A DNA stretch of 64,000 nucleotides from Azolla caroliniana (lineage: Eukaryota > Plantae > Polypodiophyta): positions 16,616,001 to 16,680,000 of the forward strand of contig JBHGNT010000012.1 of assembly GCA_043228905.1 (NCBI GenBank), read 5' to 3'. Shown in pieces: positions 1-10,569 of the stretch. How positions within the stretch are numbered: the stretch's first letter is position 1; each line of letters opens with the position of its first letter. A program made the translations under genes and the position numbers. The notes below the pieces were generated by a model. The model ran no database searches. It had not been told where the DNA came from and saw only the letters and a list, made by a program, of their open reading frames with translations.

Positions 1-211
1 AAAGGTGGCAAAATATATTGAATTTCAACATGACTACCACTTTGAGTCATAAGTAAAATGCCTCCAAAAATACATCACCAAAATTACAAAATAATGTACA
101 ACATGTCTACCAGTTACAATTATACATATTCGTGAGTTTACATCCAAAACAAATTTACAAAGTTTCCGATCATGTAGTAAAACAATCCCCAACTTGAACC
201 AAACCAATATA

Positions 212-2884
212 TTAAGACATGTCTGATGGACTAGAAGAGCATTCTGACGTCTCATCCTCATCATCAGTGGCAATCAAAGCATTATCCTCATCCAATTCCA
301 ACCCAACATCTTTGTGGTTATGAGAATTGCTTCTGGTTATTCTCTGTATTTCGTTTGACACCATGTTTGGGATTTTCTCCTTTATTATCTTGATAGTTGC
401 TTGTCTTAGATGACCTGATTTTGTCAATGAGAAGTCATATACTAGTATGTCAACACGGTCTAGTGCGAGAGTAGCCGTGCTCGGTATATTCTTTCTTCTT
501 CTCTTTCTGCTTGAACATCCGACATCCTTAACCATCTCTAAAGAATACTTTCCTGTAAATGCATCAGTTGAATTTGTCTGATACCAGTGGACTACTATTG
601 ACTTTGTCTGACTACTTTCTTCATCCCTTACTAATTCAATAATTTTTGCAATCCAAAATGGATGGCCCAAGGTATCGTCCCCTGCTAATGTTGCAACCAA
701 CATTCCCACTTGTAGTTCTTGCAAATTACCTTGCCATCTTGCCTCAACAGTACGTGACTTTCTTGGTCCCACATAAATATCTCTTTGCAGTGGCCGAACT
801 AAATCATGAAGCTCCATATTATTCGATTGTTGGTGATGAGTCTGCGATATCGTTGATGTCATCCCAATGTTCCATGTGAATGGGATACGGATTGGCCATA
901 AACCGGCGATGTAATTATCTAAAATGGTGTGTTGATGGGTGAAGAAAATCTCCCACCATTCAACATCCTCATCACCGGCATACTTCTTAGTCCGATCAAT
1001 ATTATTTTGTTTCTCTGCTAGACATCTCAACCAATATGCCCTTTGTTCATCAATAGTACTATTTGGTGCTACATTTTTACGATCATCATATGGCATTTGT
1101 TGTGCACCATGTAGAGGTTCATCTGGGATATGAAGAAGGAGCCTACAACCTTCTTGGGGCTCCCATTGTGCACTAGATGAGTATTGTTTCGCAAACAACA
1201 CCGTCATCTTGAGGTGGGCCAATCTTTGTTTTATGAGGAAGACATGGTTGAAACTTATATTATTAAGAGGTGCAAGCACCCTACCTTTAGTCCCGTCACT
1301 ATCCATGCAGAAATGTTTAAAGTCGTATACTTCTTCCAAGTGTTGTACTTCAGGCTTTGGTGTATATGCTTCACTAATCAATTTGGATAGCGTGGGAAGT
1401 GTGAAAGCATTACAGTGAGCAAGTTTCTTTGAGAACCTACTGAACATTTGATCTATGTGATCATGGGTATGACCAACCAACAAGAAGTTAACCTTTATCT
1501 TTTTAAATATGCCCCTCTCTACTAGCATGCTTAGATAGCCGAAGACAGTTGAGTTCTTATTCTCTCTTGCTGTGTTGTCTAGTTGCACATATAGAATTGG
1601 CAGGAGTATACCTGACCATGATTGCAATACCCTGTGCATGACAGTGACAGTAAGATTAGGGTCGTTGTGGATATTGGGATAAGTTAAGAACACTTGCAGT
1701 CTTATAGTTTGACAATATGTCAAACAACCCACTAGATGCATTTGCACAAGACACTCATCTCCAATATCCTTGGGGAGTCTTTGAAAATGCGGCAAACAAG
1801 TTTTCTTTTGATCCATGCCGTCAATAATCATGCACATATACTTTTCGGGAGATTGAAACGCTTTTTGTCGGTGATGCATAGCCTTAGTACGTTCCAATGC
1901 CTGACTTTCACGATGTTCTTTTAACAGGTTCTTGTAATTCTTGATCTCTACATCTGATTTTCCACCATTGGCCATACTTTTTAAACTCGCACATATTGAG
2001 CAGACTCCCATTCGCACCTTTCGTGGGATAACCACGTTATTAAATTGTAACCTCCATAGTTGATTAAAATGCCTGTACTGTATGTAAGGCTCAACATCAG
2101 AAGACATGTCGTCCTTGTACGATTGGTAAACTTCCCTTCGAGTAAAGTTATCTGACAAATGAAGTCTTCCTGTCGTTGGCATAACTTCGCACTGTTTTGA
2201 AAAATATACCTCCATCCACCTAATTGCCTGTTGCCCAATTTGACCCTTACATCCAGAACCATTTTGATCGAACTGTACCCAGGAGCCCTTCAGAAGTCGC
2301 TCTTGAACTCGTTGCAGCCGCATATTTCCAATGCTATGAGTGATTTTAAAAGCTGCTCGACAACACTTGGTATTTAGTCCAAGGAAATATTCAACTTGCG
2401 TTGAATTAGGCCCTGCTTTGTGATCCAATTTAAGTTGCATATGTGAAAGAAGAAATGTATCTTGCTCTTCCCCATTAAGCGACAAGTATTTTTGTCGTGT
2501 TTCACGTAACCTTGACTTTCCATAAGTTGATAGACAGAGATTCGCACAACACGATTTGTTCAAGTCGCATAGAAGTTGACGATCAGAACATAAGAAATTA
2601 AATCTCTTTTCACTAACTTGTCGAGGAACTCTTTTAAATGCTAGAGGTTTAGTAATGCTATTGTTATCTATCAACGAAGAATCGTCCGCTTGTAAGCTTG
2701 CATGAAGAGGGCCATCAACAGGATCAATTGAAAACAGAGAATTCGAAGTACTAGGAGCCACACTTTTCTGTTTAAGTCGTGAATGTTTTTTGTGGTCGTA
2801 CTCTTCTATTGAGAAATACGAGTTGTCTGACAATGAGAAGGGGGCAATAGAAAAAAGAGATGTTCTACTTGTAGAAGAAGACAT
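212..2884 (-). CDS. Sola-like DDD transposase, 890 aa, uninterrupted ORF
   Basis: N-terminal Cys motifs (CCANLC, CCRAAF); CxxC...H (CSICASL...EHRESQ) ahead of an acidic triad in IIDGMDQKK, QLDNTARENKN and FLLVGHTHDHIDQMFS; C-terminal PFWIAKI...VVHWY module. Superfamily assigned from motif recognition only. Confidence 0.8.
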   Translation of the reverse strand: MSSSTSRTSLFSIAPFSLSDNSYFSIEEYDHKKHSRLKQKSVAPSTSNSLFSIDPVDGPLHASLQADDSSLIDNNSITKPLAFKRVPRQVSEKRFNFLCSDRQLLCDLNKSCCANLCLSTYGKSRLRETRQKYLSLNGEEQDTFLLSHMQLKLDHKAGPNSTQVEYFLGLNTKCCRAAFKITHSIGNMRLQRVQERLLKGSWVQFDQNGSGCKGQIGQQAIRWMEVYFSKQCEVMPTTGRLHLSDNFTRREVYQSYKDDMSSDVEPYIQYRHFNQLWRLQFNNVVIPRKVRMGVCSICASLKSMANGGKSDVEIKNYKNLLKEHRESQALERTKAMHHRQKAFQSPEKYMCMIIDGMDQKKTCLPHFQRLPKDIGDECLVQMHLVGCLTYCQTIRLQVFLTYPNIHNDPNLTVTVMHRVLQSWSGILLPILYVQLDNTARENKNSTVFGYLSMLVERGIFKKIKVNFLLVGHTHDHIDQMFSRFSKKLAHCNAFTLPTLSKLISEAYTPKPEVQHLEEVYDFKHFCMDSDGTKGRVLAPLNNISFNHVFLIKQRLAHLKMTVLFAKQYSSSAQWEPQEGCRLLLHIPDEPLHGAQQMPYDDRKNVAPNSTIDEQRAYWLRCLAEKQNNIDRTKKYAGDEDVEWWEIFFTHQHTILDNYIAGLWPIRIPFTWNIGMTSTISQTHHQQSNNMELHDLVRPLQRDIYVGPRKSRTVEARWQGNLQELQVGMLVATLAGDDTLGHPFWIAKIIELVRDEESSQTKSIVVHWYQTNSTDAFTGKYSLEMVKDVGCSSRKRRRKNIPSTATLALDRVDILVYDFSLTKSGHLRQATIKIIKEKIPNMVSNEIQRITRSNSHNHKDVGLELDEDNALIATDDEDETSECSSSPSDMS

Positions 2885-3181
2885 TTGAGGGAGTCTAACT
2901 GTATTCTAAAACCTTCTTTTGAGAAAATTAAGGAATGCTAAAGCCTAACTATATAACTACCCGAACACTTAGATTAACTATATTATTTTCCAAAATTTTC
3001 CTAAAAAAAAAATAATTAAAAATTATTTTTTATTTTAAAAAGAATGCTAAAGTCTTCTATATAAGGAGGTTAGAAATTTCATTTTCATTATCACGTGAAA
3101 GAATCCATCGAGCTCAGAGCACAGGCCAATTTTCGAGCACTCTGAAGCACATCGTTGACAGCACTACCTCCGGCACAAACC
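2885..3181. promoter_or_regulatory. Divergent promoter region between the transposase and MTase genes
   Basis: About 300 bp of AT-rich DNA between head-to-head start codons, with CTATATAA TATA-like boxes near 2949 and 3057. Confidence 0.45.
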
Positions 3182-6088
3182 ATGAACAAGGGAAAGAAAA
3201 TCGTCAGGTTAGTAATATTCATTACATTTTTTAAGATTCCTAAAGATTCCTTAAAGATTCCTTTCCTCAACACATAGAAATTTTATTTTATTTTGTACAA
3301 CGAACTTGGAAAGCAATTATGAAAGGCAGGACCTTCAACCAAAATCCGATGCAGTGCATCGGATTTTGGTTGAAAAAAATGTTGTTTTTGCGATAAAAAA
3401 CTATCGCATGGGACCATAAAATTGACGTAATTTAAATGATAATTTGCGTGATTTAGATAAAATTGTACTAAACGACCACGACCCGAAGAAGAAGAAGAAG
3501 AAATATTAGAGTTTGTGGAAGAAGAAGACGACCAACAACTCGACGTCGTGGCTCCAGGCGGACAACTATCTTCTGGTGTCCTGACGTCAGAACAAAATAA
3601 AATAAGAGAAAATATTGTGAAGACTAAACTTGTGCGTAGGGGCCAACTATTTCATTTGCCCATTACTTCTATCCAAAGGCCCCCCATTGACCCCGTGACT
3701 GGAAGACGTCCCTTGGAAATTAGGGAGCTGCACTCCGTCCATGTGCAAAACCTGAAAAGCAAAATGAAAATCAATCCTCACGCTACTGTGGTGCCATTTT
3801 TGGTAATGGTTGATCAAGAACAATGCCCAACAGTAGCAGATTTCAAGTATAGCTCTGCAAACGATTACACATACTATGTAATCGGAGGATCACATTCGGC
3901 CGAAGCTCGACGACAGCTTATCAAAGAATATCCTCTCACACCGTTCTTCAAGTACGCCGAATGTAAGGTATATGCAGGACTAACTCATGAGGAGGCGAAG
4001 CTGCTCGCATGGGACCATAACAATGACAACGATTATAGGCAAAAGATGTCATGTATAGAGAGGATAAGATTTTTTTCATCATGAATACCTGGATGCCTTG
4101 AATCGTTTTGGTCCAAGATTGTGGCCTGGATTGCGACGCTAGTGTTTATTGGAAGTAGGGATTGCAGTGGATGAGAGTACCAAATCCGAAGGTCTCTGAA
4201 AATATGATTCTTGGTTTCAACTAGCTTTTCGTACCGGAGAGGTGTGGGATCTCCAAGACAAAATATTCTCTATGTGGGAGCGGAAAGAAGTCAAGGGGCA
4301 AAGATAAAAAAAGGGAAGAATTGATCCACAAGTTGAGATGAAATCAAAGACCAAGGGAAAAATCGACTTGGTAATCGAGGAGTTAGCAGAGGACATGAAA
4401 CTTTTACCTTGGAGATCATTACAAGGTATCAAAGATGATAGATTGTTAATATCCGTGCTATCTCGAGTGGTCGCCAAGGAATTTAGTTTGGACGAGATGG
4501 TAACAGACTTGCAAAAGTAAGTGTTTATAGTATACCTTTTCATGAAAGTCTTCAATTATTTTGAATATCTTATTTCTAATTTCATATTGATTGTGCAGTC
4601 ACAAGGTATACATGAAGATTCAGGAGTTGATGATGCAAAAACTGAGTTTACCGACATGGGAAGAAGTTGAACAAGCCTGCCCGATAACTTCTTCCTACAA
4701 GGCATTGGAGGAATATTTTATTGTATTTAGAGAATGGGTATGTGTCTTTTGAATGTTGATATGTTAGAAAGTATTGTTCCCTGCTAACAACAATGACACT
4801 TGCAGAAACCATCAAAATCGAAAAAGAACAACGACAATAATGACGGTATTCCAGCGGCCTTCATCACGCACTTAGAACGTGCGAAATATGAGAAGAGAAT
4901 GACCAAAGGGAAGGAAATGGAACTGCCCGAGGATTCGGAGACTGTAAAGAGTTTTTTGCATAGGTCCGATCCTTTCAAACAACTTCATTATAGTGTTTTC
5001 AATGACGAAGTATCCCAGATGCTCGAACTGTTACCGAGAAGGCACTACACTTTGCTGATACCTGACATACCATATGGTTTCCGTATTGCGGGATCAACAT
5101 ATGATGATGTGCCTTTCAAGTACCCTCAGATCGAGAAAATGGTAAAGGATTTCGCAGAACTGACATTGGCCCCCTTGTGGAGGATAGTCATATTTCATAA
5201 CATGGGGCAATCACTGTCAGTCACAATAGCTTTGAAGTCCCGTTGTCATGCCACTGAACACATGCATTGGTGCGTTATAGTTCGCTTTTACTCATTACAG
5301 TACTTCTTATTATATGTACACATTTACACCTCTACTACTTGATTTTCTTTCTCTATAGGATCAAAACAAATATTACACGTAGCCCTGGCGATCGAATGGT
5401 TAGTGCGGTCGAACATTTTTGTGTGGGCTACTATGATTCAATTACAAAGAAGAAGACTAGAGCACATGTCAATGAGCGTAACGTGGTTAACTACATCATG
5501 TGCCCAACTGTAACCAAAAAATTAAGACATGTGTCAGGGGATAAAAGTATGGGGAACCCTTATCAAAAACCTCAAAGATTGATCAAACGCCTCATAGAGC
5601 TCTTCTCGAATCCAGATGATTGGGTCCTAGACTTGTTCTCTGGCACAGGTATAATATATATATTTAATTTCAATCCTGTCGATCAAGTTTAAGACGTTAC
5701 TTCTTATATATACTTGTTTGTGTTCATGCGACCATTAGGTACAATGACAGCTTGTGCATTGAAGATGTTTAGAAACTGTGTTGCATTGGAGAAGGACCCT
5801 GCTCAAGTTAACTTCATCAAAATGAGGATCACAGGAATCTGGGACTGTCCAGATCAGGATCAAGAAGTTGGAGCAAAACACATCAACGAGACAAAGATGT
5901 TCCAAATGACTTCACGAGAACCAATGGAACCAATTGATGAAGAAGCAAGGGAGCTGGTGAACCTGGAAGATGTAGCACAGTTTGACCATACATCAGATTC
6001 GGGAGAGCTTGGAGATGACACAAATGAAAACAGTCTAGAACAATCAGCGCCAGAGGAGCTTGCTCTGCCTGATTTGCTTATAGATTGA
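3182..6088 (+). pseudogene. ParB/Srx-domain plus beta-class N6-adenine/N4-cytosine DNA methyltransferase fusion; six exons, about 775 codons, disrupted
   Basis: Exons 3182-3207, 3457-4516, 4599-4737, 4806-5269, 5359-5648 and 5739-6088, joined by five GT-AG introns that keep the frame (exon 1 is the least certain). ParB-like motifs IRELHSVHVQNLK...YYVIGGSHSAEARRQL...GLTHEEAKLLA. MTase motif IV LLIPDIPYG precedes HWIK, SAVEHF, PYQKPQRLIKRLIELFSNPDDWVLDLFSGTGTMTACALKMFRNCVALEKD (motif I FxGxG). Lesions: stops at 3458, 4140, 4197 and 4305, and a +1 frameshift in the T7 run at 4070-4076. Confidence 0.85.
3334..3374. repeat. Perfect 20-bp inverted repeat with a 1-nt spacer
   Basis: TTCAACCAAAATCCGATGCA-G-TGCATCGGATTTTGGTTGAA, inside predicted intron 1 of the ParB-MTase gene. 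Confidence 0.95.
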
Positions 6089-6849
6089 TGTAGATGGCGT
6101 AATGTAAAAATTGAGGATTTTGAGGCATAATGTTCACCATCACTTCATATTATATTTGTATATGAGAACATCTGTAATTGTTTATCGTTTAATTAAATTC
6201 ACCTGTTCATAATTTCCCTTTTTAATCATTATTGGAACCGTAGTTTGTATTTACATATAATTGGTCACCATGCTCTTCTTCAGTTTGAGATATTAACATG
6301 ATATTGTAATTTCTCATTTCCGTTAGCATGACTGTATATGAAAAGGCGAATGTTTTTGATAATAAGAGGTTTTTAGTTACATACGGTTCAAGTCTATTGG
6401 TTCCACATAGTATAAATGAATGTCGTACGTAATTGTTACTCTTACCAATTACATTGTCATGAACTATATGACATTATACAATGAAACAATCGATATACCC
6501 GTCCAACAAGTGGGGTACTACTTTATTCCTAAACCCAAAACCACATATTTATAATTACGGTTTATGTAGTTTTACTCTACAATTTGAATATGGATACCAA
6601 TTTTAGAACTTTATATTGAACCAAGTCTTCAATTGTGCTCCATGATATGCAAATTGACACGAATGTGGACACATATACAATTTAGTAATTGCTAGGTTTT
6701 TTTTGTTCTATATTTAACCATCAAGTCGCAAAAGGGGTACGCATGCATCGTATATTTTCGATATCAGGCTAAAATAGGGTACTTTTCTACATCTGGCCAA
6801 CTATGCCAAAAGAGAATACGACATATTACCTGTTTCAAATGATCCGGTG

Positions 6850-7051
6850 TTACCTTATTGTCTCTAAGAGCGAGCTTGAGAGAGTGAGAGAGATATCGTG
6901 CTTAATCATCTATTAATCGTTAAGTGAGTGTGAGGCTCGGAGGTGCTCGACAACCATCTTCGCCCGATTCGCCATCAAAAGGGTATATGCCGGTCCGAAC
7001 TCCGCAAACGACATCGAGGAGTTAACTCCATCGATACATAAATCCTACACA
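6850..7051 (+). repeat. 3' portion of the 5' LTR, cut by the DNA transposon
   Basis: Closely matches 29541-29742 and is followed by the PBS. Confidence 0.9.
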
Positions 7052-7185
7052 TCTATTTGGCGCCATTGCCGGGGTTACGACCGACGCTTGAAGCCGACTT
7101 TGAGTAGTCAAACACTCGTAGGAAACCCACTTAATGAGGGAAGAAATCGAAAGGAAACCACTATTTGTGCTAATTAAAATGCTTG

Positions 7186-7312
7186 CTATTTCACATTTTA
7201 ATTAAGTTAATTTTCTGTTTTTATGCTCACTATTTCACATTTTAATCAAGTTAATTTTCTGTTTTTTATGCTCACTATTTCACATTTTAATTAAGTTAAT
7301 TTTTTGTTTTTT
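7186..7312 (+). repeat. Three tandem copies of a 44-45 bp AT-rich unit in the retroelement leader
   Basis: CTATTTCACATTTTAAT(T/C)AAGTTAATTTT starts at 7186, 7230 and 7275. Confidence 0.9.
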
Positions 7313-7494
7313 TTAGTTGTAATTTACCCTTCCTTAATCACCCGGACATTAGCAAACTATTCGTCCGGTTAACACTAAGCATTGTTGAGATTTAGCCATT
7401 GCAGGGCAAGAATAACCACCGCGATCCTCGCTGATTACGATCATCCCACAAGACACGAAACGGCCGTTGGCGCCAACAAATTCAAATTCTCCAC

Positions 7495-7820
7495 TCAAAG
7501 TTCGTTGAAAGATCAAAGTTTGCCAAACCCGCATCCTTCGACGAAAGATCAAAGTTTGCCAAACTTGCATCTTTCGACAAACCCCTATCTTTCGACGAAC
7601 CCACATCTTTCGACGAACCCACATCCTTCGACGAAAGATCAAAGTTCGACGAACCGACATCCTTCAACGAAAAATGAAAGTTCGACGAACCCACATCTTT
7701 CGACGAACCCACATCCTTTGATGAAAGATCAAAGTTCGACGAACCCACATCTTTCGATGAAAGGTCAAAGTTTGCCAAACCCACAATGTTCGACGAAAGA
7801 TCATCTTTCAACGAACCCGC
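7495..7820 (+). repeat. Composite TCGA-rich tandem array upstream of gag
   Basis: Recurrent TTCGACGAACCCACATC and AAAGATCAAAGTT modules; these account for the repetitive ORFs 7382-7927 and 7482-7952. Confidence 0.9.
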
Positions 7821-7838
7821 AAAGCTTGACAAGAGAAC

Positions 7839-10530
7839 ATGGCCGGATCCTCGTGGACGGAGATGTTCAAAACCCGACCCACACGCCAGGAGGAGTCCAC
7901 ACAAACCAACCAAACACACGGTGCTAACCCATCTAACCCAGCTCAATACCACAGAGGGTGGTTAACCCCGAGGATGTTACCAAACATGAACCTCCCATCG
8001 AGCCTAGCAACTAAAGCACCTCTCAACACATCCCCACTACAGGAGAGCCCAATGGCAGACCCACTTGGTGTAGAGTGACACATATGGGATGCCGCACAAG
8101 AGTTGCGTGTGATAGAACAAGAAATCAATATATGGACGACAGAGCTCGCGAAAGGGAGACAACCGGAAATCATCACCCGAGATATTGAAGCCGCTTTGGT
8201 AGAAAGGAAAGACAGGTTTGTGCGAGTGCAACAAAAACTTCACCTCCTAGAAGCATCGTTACATACGCACCGTCGAGGCCATGAGCTTAGCCCCGCACCA
8301 CATTCGAGCACAACAGGTGACAACTCAAATGAAGCACACACACAACGACACCCGACACCGCCACGTATGGACACGACCTCTACACTCGACCAAACTACGT
8401 CAACACCCCCGAACACCGAACTCGCACTAGCATTACAATCCATCCAAACCCTCATGGCATTGATGGAAAAAGAGCGAGCGCCCATAGACAATGCGAGAAA
8501 CCCCATAAATGACAGCGGGAAGAGTGCTTCCATTTCTAAACTAGTACCCCATTTTCTCGGTTTCGGTGATACCTATGATAACGTAGAAAGGTTCAAACAG
8601 ATATGTCGAGCTTATGAGCCCCTCACAAAGACCACCAAAGTAGCGGCGTTCGGACTTACACTTGATGACCAAGCTGGAATTTGGTTTACGACCTTGAATG
8701 AGGACATCGTCACGGACTTCGAGTATGTCATCGAAGATTTCCTAATAAACTTCGCTCATCGAGGGAATAAATAGAACCTGATTGACCAACTTTTCGCCCT
8801 CAAGCAAGAAGTGAACGAAACTGTCAGGGACTACATACGCCGCACGAAAAGCCGTCACCATTGTTGTAGCCCGAGCGACAAGGTGTCGGACGACAAATTG
8901 ATGAGCTGATGCATCAATGGGTTGTTTGACTCGACACTCCAAAATTTCCTAATTGCCAAGATGTGTTGGTCATTCGCAGAAGCATGCACGATAGTGATGA
9001 CTTTCGAAGATTCAATGAGCGGGTTATGGATACCCACTCAAGTGCCTACGAACGACCGTGAGAAGCCCTCAGATCCCACTCCACCCACGCCATTGAGACC
9101 ACCTTGTATAGAAAGACCCTAAGCATACGCCCAAAGAGAAAATGTAAGGTGTACGGTGTGCCATGGCCATCACACGGGGCATGAGTGCCCCTTCCTCCAC
9201 CAACGACAACCTCAATACTGTAACTGGCGCAAAGCCTTCGTGATGCATTCTCAAGAGAACTGCTAGCACAATCACCTCCACCGCTTAGCCGCCCAGAACT
9301 ACCGGCAATACTTCCCCAACAACCCCCACTACCACGCATTGGAGCTCGCCTTGCCAAAGTAGAATACGCCACCGATAACCAAACTCAGGTTGGGGGGGGG
9401 GGGGGGGGGGGGGGCGAATATGAAGACTCATACCGGGAGTACGGTGTTGAAGAAGAGGTGCTTTCCCACTTCGTGGACTTTGAAGGTGACCAAATACTAG
9501 TGTACGTCTTGAGAGGAGAACAGAGGGGCTTGTTGATGGGATATCGCAACAATAATGGTCTAAGAAGGTCCGAATTGAAATGTTTCAATTGCCAAGGCCC
9601 ACACATGGTTAGCGAGTGCCCAACCAAACATGAGTACTACAACCGGATGGCACAACGACCACGACATCCCCCACTCGAAACACCTTCACAACCATTGGTA
9701 CAAAGTCTCACCCAATAGTCACAGGACCTTATCGAGTGGTTCCAAAGAGAAGCATCATGCCCAAGGTGTTGGTTTCAGAGAGAAGCATCATGCCCAAGGT
9801 GTGGTAAAGAACACTTAGTACATGCCTGCCCCCAAAAAAATAAACGGATTGGCGCAAATATGTTATCTATCGTACCATCAAGGGTTGGCGCCAACATCAT
9901 CACACGAGCTCAAAGAGTAGCTCATAACTTAAAGTATCACAACCAAGGCCTCCCCACGATTATGCATAAGAGACGAAAATCCAAAAAAATGCATCCACGC
10001 AGGTCTCGAAGCAAGATGAAGTACCGGAGGGAGACGTAGAAACAATACCCGTCAACCCTAACCAAGAACTGCCGGCACACCTAGCAGCATACCCAAACCC
10101 AGTGGTTGAAAAAGAAAAGGTCTAAGAGTACATCAAAATGATACGACATGAACAGTTCGAAAGACCGCTTAGTCTCCCAAGCCTAAACTTCGACCAACTC
10201 GAAGAATGGGTAAATCCTCCACCCCAACACACGGATACAACCCCCCTTGTCGTAACACCAACCAACACCCCCATCTCCCAATCTACCCCAATCAAAGAGG
10301 TCAACATAGCCCTGCTCCAACAAATATTAAATTTAAAATTATGACTCACATTGCGTGAAGTATAGAGCTACACAGACACCTTCGTGACCGACCACCCCCA
10401 ACTACGACCTATACTCGCCAAGGAAATAGAGTTCACACTCGAAGAGTTGCTCAAACTCGACATCCAACCATGGCACGATGTCGTTCGCCGCCTCAATGGA
10501 GGCCTATCGGTAGGTTATGGAGAAAAGATA
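7839..10530 (+). pseudogene. Degenerate gag of the Athila/Tat-like element
   Basis: Retrotransposon gag core (AFGLTLDDQAGIWFTTL...DFEYVIEDFLINF), zinc knuckle CFNCQGPHMVSEC near 9581, multiple stops and frameshifts, poly-G at about 9392-9414. Confidence 0.75.
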
Positions 10531-10569
10531 CACACTGTTACGGGCATGACCATATAATATCCCGTGGTG

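Larger units (their letters stand above)
1..6849. mobile_element. DNA transposon (Sola-like DDD transposase plus ParB-methyltransferase cargo gene); left end lies outside the window
   Basis: Contains a transposase ORF (212-2884). The right boundary is fixed where LTR homology resumes: 6850 TTACCTTATTGTCTCTAAGAGCGAGC matches 29541 TTACCCTATTGTCCCTAAGAGCGAGC in a complete solo LTR. The terminus reads ...TTCAAATGATCCGGTG (5'-CACCGGATC on the minus strand). Confidence 0.75.

Noticed and set aside
3182-6088. Bacterial or phage contamination as the source of the ParB-MTase
   Set aside because: Five frame-preserving spliceosomal introns interrupt conserved motifs and the element is contiguous with plant LTR sequence.
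7349-7952. Repetitive ORFs of 103-181 aa on both strands
   Set aside because: They are by-products of the tandem array in the retroelement leader; there is no independent coding evidence.
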